A stretch of DNA of 64,000 nucleotides, from contig DAIDMG010000002.1 of NCBI GenBank assembly GCA_027449105.1, positions 7,201 to 71,200 on the forward strand, given 5' to 3'. Origin of the DNA: Acidiphilium sp. GTDB taxonomy: Bacteria > Pseudomonadota > Alphaproteobacteria > Acetobacterales > Acetobacteraceae. The position numbers and the translations under genes are program-made. The notes below the pieces were generated by a model that ran no database searches, had not been told where the DNA came from, and was given only the letters and a program-made list of their open reading frames with translations. Position 1 is the stretch's first letter, and the number at the start of each line of letters is the position of its first letter. Shown here piece after piece: positions 10,092 to 21,625 of the stretch.

Positions 10092-12094
10092 TGTCTTCCG
10101 TCCCGGTGTTGGGTGCCTGAGAAAAAGTGAAACTGGATTATAGTCAGAATTCTTACGACATTCCAGTGTTTTCGTTACCGAATAGTCGGTTTTGGAATCG
10201 CACCGTTGCCGTAAGCAACGACCCGTCCGTTTCACTTGATACGGACAAGCGCGTTGTCACGGCCCGTTAATGCGGCGCGCGGTCGGCGGCAAGAGGAACA
10301 CGCCTGACAAAGTCCGCCGCGTGACGGCAGAATGATCAAATCCGAGTGATAGCGACATTTTTAACACAGTTTTCCGACATGGAAGGAAGAAATATCGCTG
10401 GTAACAATATCAAACGGTTCGCCAGCCCAAGCTCCTCGACTATGCAGTTTCACCAAAAAATCGACCATGTTTTGTCATTGGCGATGAGCATTCGATGAAC
10501 CGGAAAGAGTTTGATAAAGACTGCTCCAAGATATCCGCTTAATTTTTTCTTCTCGTACCGGCATTATCGCGACATTATGTTGCGTTTCATTGCACTTGGT
10601 AGGCACAATGCGCAAACGCACCTCTCGCGATGGCACGTCAGAAATGCCGGCAGACGATGGCTGAAATGCAAAAGCTGTGAGGCGGACCCTGCGCTAGCAA
10701 TATCGATAAGCGTAGCGGCATGCGGCCTAGAAAAGCCGCGTTCCGCGGGCTACCCATGCGGTTTTGGCGGTCTGGTGCCTAAGGCAAGAATCGTTAGCAG
10801 AGCGAATCCTTAGTTCCGGTTCATCTTCTGTTCCTTGTGATTAAAGGCGTCTGCTTCTTCGTTAGACCAGTGTCCCGAAATTACGGACCGAAGCGGGATA
10901 GGAACGATAGTCGACGCTAAAGCCCTGTCTCCTCGGCCAGAAATTCGCTGCGATGGTAGAGGGGGTTTTCGGTAACCAAGAAACCTTGAAAAAATAGCCC
11001 TCGAGAACCCGAAACGAACGCCGCGGCGCATCCCCCCGAACAACGGCTCATCTAACCACGCCGAAGTAAAAAGGAATGAGCGTGAAAGTATCCAAAAAGA
11101 AAACTGAAAAAGCGATGAAAGACTCACGAAGCCGCGAGCAAATGCCGTTGATCAACACTGCCCGCTTTGCGGCTCATGAGAAACTCCCGCTCTGCGACGC
11201 TAGCCACATGCTGTGGTTGGCCGTGCTCGCGCCCCATTTATCGGTCAAAAGATGCGGAACTTCCTCGCAGTCGCCGGTACTCCGTTTTTCACCCGTACAA
11301 ACCCTAGAAATTGATAGCGTCCGTACCGTTGAACGACGGAAACTCGCCACAGCGAAGTCGATCCCTCACCGGATCTATCAGACGGGGCGCTTCAGAGCGG
11401 TACCTTACCGTCAATGTGGGCGCCGTCAGCCTTTCGCTCTGGAGTTGCACCAATTGCTGGATGCCGCACCTCTTCGTTAGTGGTGCCCACTGGCCCGCCC
11501 CGCCCCCGGGAGAAAAACTGTCGGAGGCGGTGCCCAGAGCAGCGCCAATTCACAGCGCTAAAGCAGCCTATGGGAATTACATCGTATCGAGGTCTAATAA
11601 ACATCGGCCGGATACGCCGGCATGAGGAACAGCGGTTAGGGAAGCTAATCGACCAGTGGTAACTCTTCTACCACCCACACCTGCATTCTAGACGGAGAAT
11701 TTTCCTGTGGGTTGTGCAGACGGGCGGCGACGCACTCCGGGGTGCCTACACTTTGGTTATAAAGAGGGGCGCGAGTGCAAGATCAAAAAGCAGCAAGAAG
11801 ACCGAGCTATCCACTATTAGCTCTGCGTTTGTCCGCCTGCGATACCACAAAAAGCAACCCAACTGCCGTCGGCTGAAAATTGAGCCGCGGGCATTTTGAA
11901 TTCAAACCTAAGAAAGCTAACGACATAGCCATCGATAACGGCAGGCCTAGAAAAACACCTGCGTGCGGCTCGGCTGGTGCTCGACAACCAATCTCGCGTC
12001 GAGATAGGCGTTCTCCCAGCCTTTCTACAACGTGTTGCCAAATCATCCTAGCGCTCGAGCGCGGATCCGCTTTTTCGCATGCATCGCAAGCGTT

Positions 12095-12131
12095 CTTGAC
12101 ATTTCTATACTTCTGGCATCCCTCACCGGCA
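12095..12131 (+). promoter_or_regulatory. putative pheS promoter (leaderless)
   Basis: cTTGACA at 12096-12101 begins 35 nt before ATG 12131; no SD upstream of the ATG; -10 element weak. Confidence 0.5.
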
Positions 12132-13204
12132 TGCAAAGCGAACTCGACACCATGGAATCGGCCGCTCTTGCCGAAATCGCGGCATCTGCGGATTTGCGGG
12201 AACTGGACACCCTGCGTGTAACTCTACTCGGTAAAGCCGGGACCGTTACCGTGGCCCTGAAATCACTCGGAACACTGAAGCCAGAAGTCCGACGCGAGCG
12301 AGGGGCCGCAATAAATGCCTTGCGCGATCGCCTTACTTTGGCAATCGCCGCTAGACGGAATGCTCTGGAAACAGACATTCTCAAAGCCCGCCTTGCGGCA
12401 GAACGAATTGATGTGTCGCTGCCGGCGCGCCCAGCGCCACAGGGGTCGATTCATCCGATTTCGCGCACCCTAGAAGAGTTGACTGCCCTTTTTGGAGCGA
12501 TGGGGTTCGTTGTCCACGATGGGCCCGACATCGAGAACGATTGGTACAATTTCGGCGCACTTAATATCCCAGCGCATCATCCCGCCCGGGCAATGATGGA
12601 CACCTTTTACCTCAAGTCCTCCGGACACGCCCGACCCATGGTCCTTCGCACCCACACGTCGCCTTTACAAATTCGTACCATGTTGGAGGAAACCCCTCCG
12701 ATCCGCATCATCGTACCAGGCCGGACATATCGCTCAGACCACGACGCGACGCACAGCCCAATGTTTCACCAATGCGAGGGGCTGGTAATCGATCGCGCAA
12801 TTACGCTCGGCCATCTCAAGGGTTGCCTAATGGATTTTCTGCGCGCCTATTTCGAGCGTCCAAATCTGCGTGCCAGGTTCCGCGCCAGCTATTTTCCCTT
12901 CACCGAGCCGTCAATCGAAATTGACATTGCCTGGAACCGCAGAACTGGAGAAATCGGTGAAGGGTCAGATTGGCTCGAGATTCTCGGCGCCGGAATGGTC
13001 CATCCGAACGTACTTGCCAATTGCGGTATCGATGCGCGGGAATTCCAAGGGTTCGCTTTCGGAATGGGTGTCGAGCGTATCACGATGCTCAAACACGGCA
13101 TCCCGGATTTGCGCGCCTTCTACGAAGGCGATATCCGCTGGCTCACACATTACGGCAGTTCAGCACTCACGCCGGTTGCCCTTCACGAAGGAAGCCCGCG
13201 ATGA
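12131..13204 (+). CDS. pheS: phenylalanine--tRNA ligase alpha subunit
   Basis: HPARAMMDTF, LRTHTS, GRTYR.D.DATH.PMFHQ.EGL, FPFTEPS, GFAFGMGVER. Start re-called to MQSELD. Confidence 0.98.
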   Translation: MQSELDTMESAALAEIAASADLRELDTLRVTLLGKAGTVTVALKSLGTLKPEVRRERGAAINALRDRLTLAIAARRNALETDILKARLAAERIDVSLPARPAPQGSIHPISRTLEELTALFGAMGFVVHDGPDIENDWYNFGALNIPAHHPARAMMDTFYLKSSGHARPMVLRTHTSPLQIRTMLEETPPIRIIVPGRTYRSDHDATHSPMFHQCEGLVIDRAITLGHLKGCLMDFLRAYFERPNLRARFRASYFPFTEPSIEIDIAWNRRTGEIGEGSDWLEILGAGMVHPNVLANCGIDAREFQGFAFGMGVERITMLKHGIPDLRAFYEGDIRWLTHYGSSALTPVALHEGSPR

Positions 13205-15717
13205 AATTCTCGCTTTCATGGCTGATGACGCACCTGGACACCGACGCCTCTCTTGAGCAAATCATCAAGGTACTGAACGCCATCGGATTGGAAGTGGAGT
13301 CAGTCGAAGATCGACGATTATCGCTGGCACCATTTCGCATCGCCCGCGTTGTCGAGGCCGCGCCTCATCCGAACGCAGACAGGCTGCAAGTATGCCTGGT
13401 CGATACCGGGAATGCACAGGCATCAGTTGTGTGCGGCGCTCCGAACGCCCGGAGTGGCATGGTCGGTGTGTTCGCACCGCCGGGTGCGTTCATTCCGGGA
13501 GATGGCAGAACACTCAAGACGGGCGAGATTCGCGGCGTACCTTCGGCGGGCATGCTGGTTTCTGCTCGGGAGCTGGGTATCAGCGACGACCATTCGGAGA
13601 TCATTGATTTGCCTCCCGACGCACCAGTAGGTGCGTCTTATGCCGCATGGGCTAATCTGGACGACCCGCTTATCGAAATTTCAGTGACACCAAATCGCGG
13701 CGACGCACTTTCAGTGCGGGGTGTGGCTCGTGACCTCGCAGCAGCTGGTGTAGGCATCCTCAGGCCTTGGAGCGCGCCATCTGTTGTTACAAATGGTCCA
13801 AGCAAAATCATATGGAACAATGAGTATCCGGAAGCTTGCCCCTGGATTGTCGGCCGAACCGTGTCAGGTGTACGCAACGGCGAAAGCCCAGCCTGGTTGA
13901 AACAACGGCTAACGAGCGTAGGACTAAGGCCCATCAATGCGCTTGTTGATATTACCAACTTCTTTACCGTCGATCTAGGTCGACCACTCCACGCTTTTGA
14001 TGTCAACAAGCTATCCGGCCATACCCTGACTGTCAGACGCGGGCACCTGGAGACGTTTCGTGGGCTGCATGGAAAGGATATCATAACTAGCCCAGACGAT
14101 TGTGTCATTGTGGATAGTGTTGGCGTGCATTCGTTAGCTGGAATCATTGGTGGGGAAGCATCAGGATGCGATGACACTACCAGCGACGTTTTCATCGAAT
14201 GCGCATTGTTCGACAGAACCCGAATTGCGCTAACAGGACAGCTAGTTGGCGTTTATTCGGATGCGAGAGCTCGATTCGAACGCGGAATTGATCCAAGTCT
14301 CCTGCCTGCCGCTCTCGATGCTGCTACGGCAATGATTCAAGAGATTTGCGGCGGAATGGCAAGCCAAGTGACCGCAGCAGGAACCGAACCCGCATGGCAA
14401 AGGACCGCCACCTTGAGATTCATACGCCTGGCCGATCTGGGCGGTGCGGTCATCAGCAGTGATCGTTCGACCGAAATCCTGAACAAGCTTGGATTTGCGA
14501 CCGTCGCACGAAACGCGGACCACATCACCGTCGCGGTACCTCCATGGCGTAACGACGTCGCAGTTGTACGTTCCGACTACCGCTTCGATCCTGAGCTCTA
14601 CTATCGGCCCGTGGAAACGGGAATTCTTGATCCGGCGCCTGAACTGGATGAACAGACGCGGCGCATTGCTGCCGAGGGTGCTGCAGCCGTGGCTGCTGAA
14701 GTCGATCTGATCGAAGAAGTCCTGCGCATCGACGGGCTAGATGCTATCACACCTGTGTCCCTTCCCGACCGCCCAGCAGTACCACAAGCCACACTAACAC
14801 CCCGACAAATCCGAACTGTACGGGTCCGTCGTTTACTTGCTTCAAAAGGCCTCACCGAATGCGTGACGTTTAGCTTTTTGGATCATACCACTGCTACGCG
14901 GTTCGGCACCGCGCCGGAATCTCTCTCCATAAGGAATCCCATCGCCAGTGATCTGGACCAGATGCGCAACACGCCGCTTGCGACGATTGCGCTCGCCGTA
15001 GCTCGGAACGTCGCGCGAGGCTTTGCCGATGTCGCCTTGTTCGAGGTTGGCCCTGGTTTCAGCAGCCCGGAACCACACGGACAGGCGCTGATTGCTGCCG
15101 GCATCCGGGCCGGGGCAACCCCGCTATCTTGGATCGCACCATCCCGGCCGGTCGACTTGTGGGACGCGAAGTCAGACGCCATGGCACTTCTTGCGTCTCT
15201 CGGTATTCCGATCGAATCAATCAAAATAACAACGGACGCACCTGCACATTACCACCCCGGCCGCTCGGGCATGCTACGGCTAGGCCCAAAAATCGTGCTC
15301 GGCCAATTCGGCGCCCTGCATCCCGCCACGTGCAGCACGCTCGATCTGCCGACGTCTACAGTAGCATTCGAGATCTTCCTCGATGCAATTACCGAACGGA
15401 AACCTCGGAAACGCACCCCTCTGCGACTGGCGCAGTTCCAGCCATTGCGGCGCGATTTCGCCTTCATACTCGATGAAACCATCCCTGCGGAAACCGTGAT
15501 CCAAGCCGCAAAAACGGCTGGCCGTGAGTTGATCAGCCATGTGGCAATCTTCGACCGCTACGCAGGCCCGTCACTCCCTGCGGGGAAAGTCTCTCTAGCA
15601 ATAGCCGTTACCGTTCAGCCAGTCGAGTCGACGCTAACGGAGGACGATATCAGTCATCTCTCCAAAAAACTAATCGAGGCGGTATGCGACGCGACGGGGG
15701 CAACCTTACGATCCTGA
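13201..15717 (+). CDS. pheT: phenylalanine--tRNA ligase beta subunit
   Basis: MKFSLSWL start overlapping the pheS stop (ATGA); HPNADRL, VCGAPN, TPNRGD, RFERG, DLIEEV, RRDFAF. Confidence 0.98.
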   Translation: MKFSLSWLMTHLDTDASLEQIIKVLNAIGLEVESVEDRRLSLAPFRIARVVEAAPHPNADRLQVCLVDTGNAQASVVCGAPNARSGMVGVFAPPGAFIPGDGRTLKTGEIRGVPSAGMLVSARELGISDDHSEIIDLPPDAPVGASYAAWANLDDPLIEISVTPNRGDALSVRGVARDLAAAGVGILRPWSAPSVVTNGPSKIIWNNEYPEACPWIVGRTVSGVRNGESPAWLKQRLTSVGLRPINALVDITNFFTVDLGRPLHAFDVNKLSGHTLTVRRGHLETFRGLHGKDIITSPDDCVIVDSVGVHSLAGIIGGEASGCDDTTSDVFIECALFDRTRIALTGQLVGVYSDARARFERGIDPSLLPAALDAATAMIQEICGGMASQVTAAGTEPAWQRTATLRFIRLADLGGAVISSDRSTEILNKLGFATVARNADHITVAVPPWRNDVAVVRSDYRFDPELYYRPVETGILDPAPELDEQTRRIAAEGAAAVAAEVDLIEEVLRIDGLDAITPVSLPDRPAVPQATLTPRQIRTVRVRRLLASKGLTECVTFSFLDHTTATRFGTAPESLSIRNPIASDLDQMRNTPLATIALAVARNVARGFADVALFEVGPGFSSPEPHGQALIAAGIRAGATPLSWIAPSRPVDLWDAKSDAMALLASLGIPIESIKITTDAPAHYHPGRSGMLRLGPKIVLGQFGALHPATCSTLDLPTSTVAFEIFLDAITERKPRKRTPLRLAQFQPLRRDFAFILDETIPAETVIQAAKTAGRELISHVAIFDRYAGPSLPAGKVSLAIAVTVQPVESTLTEDDISHLSKKLIEAVCDATGATLRS

Positions 15718-16071
15718 CGTTGCGATACCGCCGTTACCTTTAGGACAGGAACTTACCCGACAGCGCCCGTCCAACGGTGGCCGTGATAACCAAGTAAAAA
15801 AGAAGGATCTTAACTTAGGGATGAAATTTCCCCGCGCTCGCCAAAAGCCAGCCTCGGAGACACCCGCAAACAGGCTTGTGTCTCCTTCGTCTGGCCACGT
15901 GACATATCGCATCTAACGCAACCAAAGGGCAGCAACATTCGCGTGACTGTGAACTAACGTAGAATGTTCATCGAGATGCTACCGCTGATGGCGGTAGTGT
16001 AATTGTCGTAATCAACTCCCAGGATTCCCATTGGTCTTAACCCAGACCGTGACAACCTTGGACCACTGCTC

Positions 16072-16500
16072 TCAAGCAGCTTCCGCTTCCTCGTCGTTGC
16101 CTCCACGTTGATCTGGCCCGCTGTCAACACCTTTTGCAGCTGGGTCACGATCGACGAGCTCAATCACTGCCATTTCGGCCGCATCACCGTAACGTATGCC
16201 AGCCTTCAGCACCCGACAGTAACCACCATTACGCGCCTTATAGCGTTCGGCAATCGTCCCCATCAGCTTACCAACGATCGCCTCGTCACGGAGCATCGCG
16301 TGAGCTTGGCGGCGGGCTGGCAAGCCGCCAGTTTTGCCAAGAGTAATCAGTTTTTCAACCACAGGCCGCAATTCTTTTGCCTTTGGTAAGGTCGTGGTAA
16401 TCTGTTCGTGTTTGATTAGGGCAACAGCGAGGTTCCGAAACATCGCCGCGCGATGCGACGAAGTTACGCCCAATTTCCGCCCTGTAACACCGTGACGCAT
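16072..16500 (-). CDS. rplQ: 50S ribosomal protein L17
   Basis: [34 protein letters not shown]. Confidence 0.99.
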   Translation of the reverse strand: MRHGVTGRKLGVTSSHRAAMFRNLAVALIKHEQITTTLPKAKELRPVVEKLITLGKTGGLPARRQAHAMLRDEAIVGKLMGTIAERYKARNGGYCRVLKAGIRYGDAAEMAVIELVDRDPAAKGVDSGPDQRGGNDEEAEAA

Positions 16501-16557
16501 GGCTTTACTCCGGCTCGTAGATAGCGCTTCTCGAAAGCGCTACCGGTTTACTACGTT

Positions 16558-17595
16558 TTAGAATGGCTGATCTGAACGTTTTATAAGATCCTCAATATTT
16601 TCTGGCGGCCAATCAGGCACATGCATGCCAAGACTCAGACCCATCGTCGCCAACACTTCCTTGATCTCGTTCAGAGACTTGCGACCAAAGTTTGGCGTCC
16701 GAAGCATTTCTTGCTCGGTCTTCTGCACCAAATCCCCTATGTAGATGATATTGTCGTTCTTTAAACAGTTAGCTGAACGAACAGACAGTTCCAGTTCATC
16801 GACTTTACGCAGCAGATTTGCATTGAAAGGCAGCTCGGCACGCGGTTCTTCAGCACGCAGGCGCTGAGGTTCCTCAAAGTTAACAAACATACCCAGTTGG
16901 TCTTGCAGGATCCGAGCCGCGAGCGCGACCGCATCTTCTGGTGTAACCGTGCCATTAGTCTCCACTTGAAGAATCAATCGGTCATAGTCAGTAACTTGAC
17001 CAACGCGGGTCGGCTCAACCCGGTAGGCAACACGGTGGACAGGTGAATAAATTGCGTCAACCGGAATCAGGCCGATAGGGGCATCTTCAGGCCGATTTGC
17101 CGATGCCGGCACATAACCGCGGCCGATATCGACCGTAAATTCCATTCCCAGCGTGGCACCGTCGTCAAGCGTGCAGAGTACCAGCTCAGGATTCATGATC
17201 TCGATATCCCCAGAGACCTGGATCTGCCCAGCCGTCACCTCTCCCGGCCCTTTGGCGGTCAAGGACAAGCGCTTGGTCCCTTCACCGTGCATCCGCACGG
17301 CAATCTGCTTGATATTAAGCACGATGTCAGTTACGTCTTCACGCACACCGGGAATCGCGGCGAACTCATGCAAGACGCCATCAATTCGAACCGAGGTGAC
17401 AGCCGCCCCTTGAAGCGACGACAATAGAATCCGCCGTAAGGCATTGCCAAGCGTCGCCCCAAAGCCGCGTTCCAGCGGTTCAGCTATAATGGTCGCAACC
17501 CGCATCGCATCTGCGCCAGGTTCGACATCGAGTTTTTCCGGCTTACGCAATAGTTGCCAGTTACGTTGCAAGACGAGATGGCTGTCCCTCATCAC
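16558..17595 (-). CDS. rpoA: RNA polymerase alpha subunit
   Basis: [39 protein letters not shown]. Exact start uncertain. Confidence 0.99.
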   Translation of the reverse strand: MMRDSHLVLQRNWQLLRKPEKLDVEPGADAMRVATIIAEPLERGFGATLGNALRRILLSSLQGAAVTSVRIDGVLHEFAAIPGVREDVTDIVLNIKQIAVRMHGEGTKRLSLTAKGPGEVTAGQIQVSGDIEIMNPELVLCTLDDGATLGMEFTVDIGRGYVPASANRPEDAPIGLIPVDAIYSPVHRVAYRVEPTRVGQVTDYDRLILQVETNGTVTPEDAVALAARILQDQLGMFVNFEEPQRLRAEEPRAELPFNANLLRKVDELELSVRSANCLKNDNIIYIGDLVQKTEQEMLRTPNFGRKSLNEIKEVLATMGLSLGMHVPDWPPENIEDLIKRSDQPF

Positions 17596-17683
17596 TCAAT
17601 CCTCCGCTCGGGGGCAAACGCGGCCGACCCTTGCCGTTCAAACATTCTGCTACCGTCCGCGAATAATGTGGACCGAACCGCTG

Positions 17684-18076
17684 TCAGACGCGTCGACGCT
17701 TGCGCGGCCGACATCCATTGTGCGGAATAGGCGTCAAATCCCGAATCGCTGTAATCGAAAAACCTACCGATTGCAGCGCCCGCAACGCGCTCTCGCGACC
17801 GGCACCCGGACCACTGACTTCGATTTCCAACGTTTCCATACCATGCTCCCGCGCTTTCCGCCCCGCATCCTCCGCCGCGACCTGAGCTGCATAGGGTGTC
17901 GATTTCCGACTTCCCTTGAAGCCTTGGCTGCCAGCAGACGACCACGAAATGGCGTTGCCCTGGGCATCCGAGATCGTCACAATCGTGTTATTGAAGCTTG
18001 CTAGTACATGAGCGACACCAGAGCTAATATTTTTACGCTCCTTGCGGCGCGGGCGGGCGGTCGCGGGTTTTGCCAT
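17684..18076 (-). CDS. rpsK: 30S ribosomal protein S11
   Basis: [35 protein letters not shown]. Confidence 0.99.
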   Translation of the reverse strand: MAKPATARPRRKERKNISSGVAHVLASFNNTIVTISDAQGNAISWSSAGSQGFKGSRKSTPYAAQVAAEDAGRKAREHGMETLEIEVSGPGAGRESALRALQSVGFSITAIRDLTPIPHNGCRPRKRRRV

Positions 18077-18133
18077 GATCGATCCTGTGTTCCATATCTA
18101 ACTGTGGGCGTCACGCCCAGCCACGTTCACGCG

Positions 18134-18511
18134 TTAGCGCGTCACCTTTTTCTTACCGGCAATCGCCACCGCCTTCCCCTTACGGGTGCGCGCATTCGTG
18201 TGCGTTCGCTGTCCGCGTACAGGCAATCCCTTACGATGACGCAAACCACGATAGCAGCCAAGGTCAACCAAGCGCTTGACGTTCATAGCTACTTCGCGGC
18301 GCAAGTCGCCTTCAACACGGTAGTCGCGATCGACCAACTCACGAATCTTAAGGATTTCGTCATCGGAAAGCTGATTGACTCGCTTGTCGTCGGAAATACC
18401 TAAGGCAGCACAAATATCCCGCGCTTTTGCCGGGCCAATGCCATAGATATACCGTAAGCTGATCAGTACACGCTTGTTGGACGGGATATTCACGCCGGCA
18501 ATACGCGCCAC
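18134..18511 (-). CDS. rpsM: 30S ribosomal protein S13
   Basis: (GTG)[35 protein letters not shown]. Confidence 0.99.
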   Translation of the reverse strand: MARIAGVNIPSNKRVLISLRYIYGIGPAKARDICAALGISDDKRVNQLSDDEILKIRELVDRDYRVEGDLRREVAMNVKRLVDLGCYRGLRHRKGLPVRGQRTHTNARTRKGKAVAIAGKKKVTR

Positions 18512-18765
18512 GCTCAAAACTCCTCAAACGCCGGCGGTTAAACCGGGGCGGGTTAAATGTCTGGACGAAGCCCCCTCCGCACCGCTTAACCAAGGCAGGT
18601 CAGAGACAGCACAGGATGCGGGCGGAATAAAGCGCGGCGCCACCGGTTGGGGGCGCCGTTGTTGTTGATTAACCCCAGCAGGCCAGAGAGTCAATCCAAG
18701 CGCATCATTTTTGCGTGACAATTCTCGGCCCAGCGAAAAGCGAGCGTTCAACAACTCAGTGGCGT

Positions 18766-19443
18766 TCAGACTGCAATTTGCCGGGCTTGGACGCCCGAGC
18801 GTCGGAGAGCCTCTTCGATCGAGGCCGCAACGGTCGCCATCGGTGCCATCCCATTCACTTTTCGTACCAGCCCTCTCGCCTCGTAGAACGGCAGAATTGG
18901 CGAGGTCTGTTCGTTATAGGCGGCAAGTCGTCTCCGCACAACATCCGGGCTGTCGTCCGGCCGATGCACGAACTTCGTGGAACCGCACTTATCACACACC
19001 CCTTTGACTCTCGTCGGTCGGAATAGCCTGTGATATCCAGCGCCACATTCAGCACAGGCGAACCGACCTGCAATCCGTTCCACCAACGCGTCCCCGTCCA
19101 GTTCCAGCACGATGACAGCATCGAGGTGGCGGCCTGTCTCTTTGAACAGGGCTTCCAATGCTTCCGCCTGCGGCAAAGTACGAGGAAACCCATCAAGGAT
19201 CACACCACCAGCACAATCCGGCCTCGCCAGCCGTTCCCGCAACATCCTGACCAGAATATCATCGGATACCAGCTTCCCTGCCTCCATGACAGCCTTAGCC
19301 TCGAGCCCGATGGGCGAACCTGAAGCAACTTCAGCCCGCAGCATGTCCCCGGTTGCGATCTGCCGGGCTCCATAACGTTCTTCCAAGATCTTCGATTGGG
19401 TGCCTTTCCCCGCACCTGGTGGTCCAACCAGGATGATGTTCAT
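18766..19443 (-). CDS. adk: adenylate kinase (4-Cys LID)
   Basis: GPPGAGKGTQ, TGDMLR, LDGFPRT; LID CAEC-X16-CDKC. Confidence 0.98.
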   Translation of the reverse strand: MNIILVGPPGAGKGTQSKILEERYGARQIATGDMLRAEVASGSPIGLEAKAVMEAGKLVSDDILVRMLRERLARPDCAGGVILDGFPRTLPQAEALEALFKETGRHLDAVIVLELDGDALVERIAGRFACAECGAGYHRLFRPTRVKGVCDKCGSTKFVHRPDDSPDVVRRRLAAYNEQTSPILPFYEARGLVRKVNGMAPMATVAASIEEALRRSGVQARQIAV

Positions 19444-20783
19444 CTCGCGCGCGCTCTCCCCCGGCCTTTCCGGATCAGGCCTTCATATTGATGCGCCAAC
19501 AAATGCGATTGAATCTGAGCGACTGTGTCCATCGTTACGGAGACAATGATGAGCAGCGAAGTGCCGCCAAAATAAAATGGGATGTCGTATTCGCCGATGA
19601 GAAATTCGGGTATCAGGCACACCAGTACCAAGTACGCTGCGCCAATTGTCGTTAAGCGAGTCAACACCGTGTCGAAATACTTGGCCGTATTGGCTCCCGG
19701 TCGAATACCAGGAATGAATCCCCCGTACTTTTTAAGATTGTCGGCTGTCTCCTCGGGATTAAATACGACAGCAGTATAAAAATAAGCAAAAAAAACGATC
19801 AGTGCAGCGTACAGTGTCATGTACCCCGGCTGTCCATGCGACAGTTGGCGCGCCAAGAATTGCAGCCAGCCTGGCCCGGCTCCCTTGGAAAAGCCGATAA
19901 CTGTCGCGGGAATCAGCAGCAGGGAACTTGCGAAGATCGGCGGAATGACGCCCGATGTATTCACTTTCATCGGCAGGTGAGATGATTCTCCACCAAACAT
20001 CTTGTTACCTTGCTGACGTTTTGCGTATTGAACCAGTACCCGCCGCTGCGCGCGCTCCATAAAAACAACAAACGTGACTACCGCAAAAGCAAGAATAAAA
20101 AAACCAAGAACGAAAACGGTTGAAAGCGCGCCGGTGGCCCCCAGTTGCAAAATGCTCGCAAACGCGCCGGGCAACGCAGCAACAATGCCGGAGAAAATGA
20201 TCAAGCTCGACCCGTTGCCAATCCCCCGAGCTGTGATCTGCTCGCCCAGCCACATAAGAAATACCGTACCTCCCACGAGGGTGATTACGGTCGTAAAAAT
20301 AAAAAAAACACCGGGGTCGACGACTGCTGGGCCAACCGAACTGTGCATGCTCTCAAGTCCAATTGCAATCCCATAGGATTGGACAAGGGCAATAAGGACA
20401 GTGAGGTAACGAGTGTACTGATTGAGCTTCTGCTGTCCGGACGCACCTTCCTTTTTCAGTGCTTCCAGTGTCGGGACTGCTGCCTGCATTAGCTGCATGA
20501 TAATCGACGCAGAAATGTAAGGCATGATGTTTAGCGCGAACACGGTCATTCGACCAAGTGCACCGCCCGTAAACATATCAAACATTCCCAGCACACCGCC
20601 GCCATTTTGGGCCATCAGGTGCGCCATCACATTGGCGTCGACGCCTGGCACGGGAATGTAGGTGCCCAAGCGAAAGACAATCAGAGCTCCAAGCGTAAAC
20701 CAGATGCGTTTCTTAAGCTCGGTGGCTTTACTAAAAGCGCCAAAGTTAAGGCCGGAAGCTAATTGTTCAGCAGCAGATACCAT
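19440..20783 (-). CDS. secY: preprotein translocase SecY
   Basis: FALNIMPYISASII, WLGEQIT.RGIGNG, GVIPPIFASS, FIPGIRPG, GGTSLLI. Confidence 0.99.
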   Translation of the reverse strand: MVSAAEQLASGLNFGAFSKATELKKRIWFTLGALIVFRLGTYIPVPGVDANVMAHLMAQNGGGVLGMFDMFTGGALGRMTVFALNIMPYISASIIMQLMQAAVPTLEALKKEGASGQQKLNQYTRYLTVLIALVQSYGIAIGLESMHSSVGPAVVDPGVFFIFTTVITLVGGTVFLMWLGEQITARGIGNGSSLIIFSGIVAALPGAFASILQLGATGALSTVFVLGFFILAFAVVTFVVFMERAQRRVLVQYAKRQQGNKMFGGESSHLPMKVNTSGVIPPIFASSLLLIPATVIGFSKGAGPGWLQFLARQLSHGQPGYMTLYAALIVFFAYFYTAVVFNPEETADNLKKYGGFIPGIRPGANTAKYFDTVLTRLTTIGAAYLVLVCLIPEFLIGEYDIPFYFGGTSLLIIVSVTMDTVAQIQSHLLAHQYEGLIRKGRGRARAR

Positions 20784-20956
20784 TTGGTTGCCTCACCCCA
20801 AGAAAAGAAATCTGCGCCACCCACGGAGATCAGTTTGCATCAATCACACCAATGACGGCAATACAGGGAAAAAGCTTCCTTCTAGTCTCTTTCTCAATGT
20901 AAATGCGACAAAGAAGCCCCCCTCACTGCCTCGTGATGTCGCTAATGCATCCTGAT

Positions 20957-21433
20957 TTACTGGGCCGTCTTCCCAACCAACGCCTTCACCGAACCACCAG
21001 CACGTTCGACAGCAGAAACGGCGCTTGCCGACGCGCCCGAAACCTCGATCATAACTTTATAGTTCATTGCGCCACGCCCCAGCAAACGGACCCCGGAAAA
21101 TTTTGACCCGTTACAAATGCCGGCGTCACGGAGAACCGCCTCGGTGATCAGTTTCCCCGCGTCTACCTTACCCGTCTCGATCAAAGCACTAAGTCTGCCA
21201 ATATTGAGTGCCGCATAAACCTTGCGGTTTACATTGGTAAACCCTCGCTTCGGTAGCCGACGATAGATTGGCAATTGACCACCTTCAAATCCATTCAAGG
21301 ACACGCCTTCACGTGCTTTCTGGCCTTTGACACCCTTCCCCGACGTCTTACCTTTACCGGAGCCGATCCCGCGACCACGCCGCTTAAACTTCGGTCGCGC
21401 ACCAGGATTATCGCGTAATTCATTGAGATTCAT
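20957..21433 (-). CDS. rplO: 50S ribosomal protein L15
   Basis: [27 protein letters not shown]. Confidence 0.99.
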   Translation of the reverse strand: MNLNELRDNPGARPKFKRRGRGIGSGKGKTSGKGVKGQKAREGVSLNGFEGGQLPIYRRLPKRGFTNVNRKVYAALNIGRLSALIETGKVDAGKLITEAVLRDAGICNGSKFSGVRLLGRGAMNYKVMIEVSGASASAVSAVERAGGSVKALVGKTAQ

Positions 21434-21625
21434 CTACGCCAACTCCTCCACCTTCAGGAGATGCGCGACTTTTCGGACGCGCCCCATGGTCTCGGATGTC
21501 GCCAACAACTCGCGCCGAGAATGCATGTGCCTAAGACCAAGGCCAATCAGCGTTTCACGCTGGGTGTTCTTTCGACCGATCGCCGAGCCGATTTGTGTCA
21601 CCACGATCCTTTTTATTTCAGGCAT
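21434..21625 (-). CDS. rpmD: 50S ribosomal protein L30
   Basis: Re-called start [18 protein letters not shown]...TLIGLGL...KVAHLL. Confidence 0.96.
   Translation of the reverse strand: MPEIKRIVVTQIGSAIGRKNTQRETLIGLGLRHMHSRRELLATSETMGRVRKVAHLLKVEELA

Noticed and set aside
10494-10825. 12-bp inverted repeat GATGAACCGGAA/TTCCGGTTCATC bounding 332 bp (MITE?)
   Set aside because: No target duplication or second copy seen; one 12-mer match in 2 kb is plausible by chance.
12970-13200. N-terminal extension of the 915-aa PheT ORF
   Set aside because: Alternative frame of pheS; the real start MKFSLSWL at 13201 overlaps the pheS stop.
15718-16071. Hairpins in the pheT-rplQ convergent spacer (GGAGACAC/GTGTCTCC; CTACCGC/GCGGTAG)
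   Set aside because: No U tracts or recognisable RNA family; most likely ordinary 3'-end structures.
16072-18765. Absence of rpsD, rpmJ, infA and map from the alpha/spc region
   Set aside because: Normal for alphaproteobacteria.
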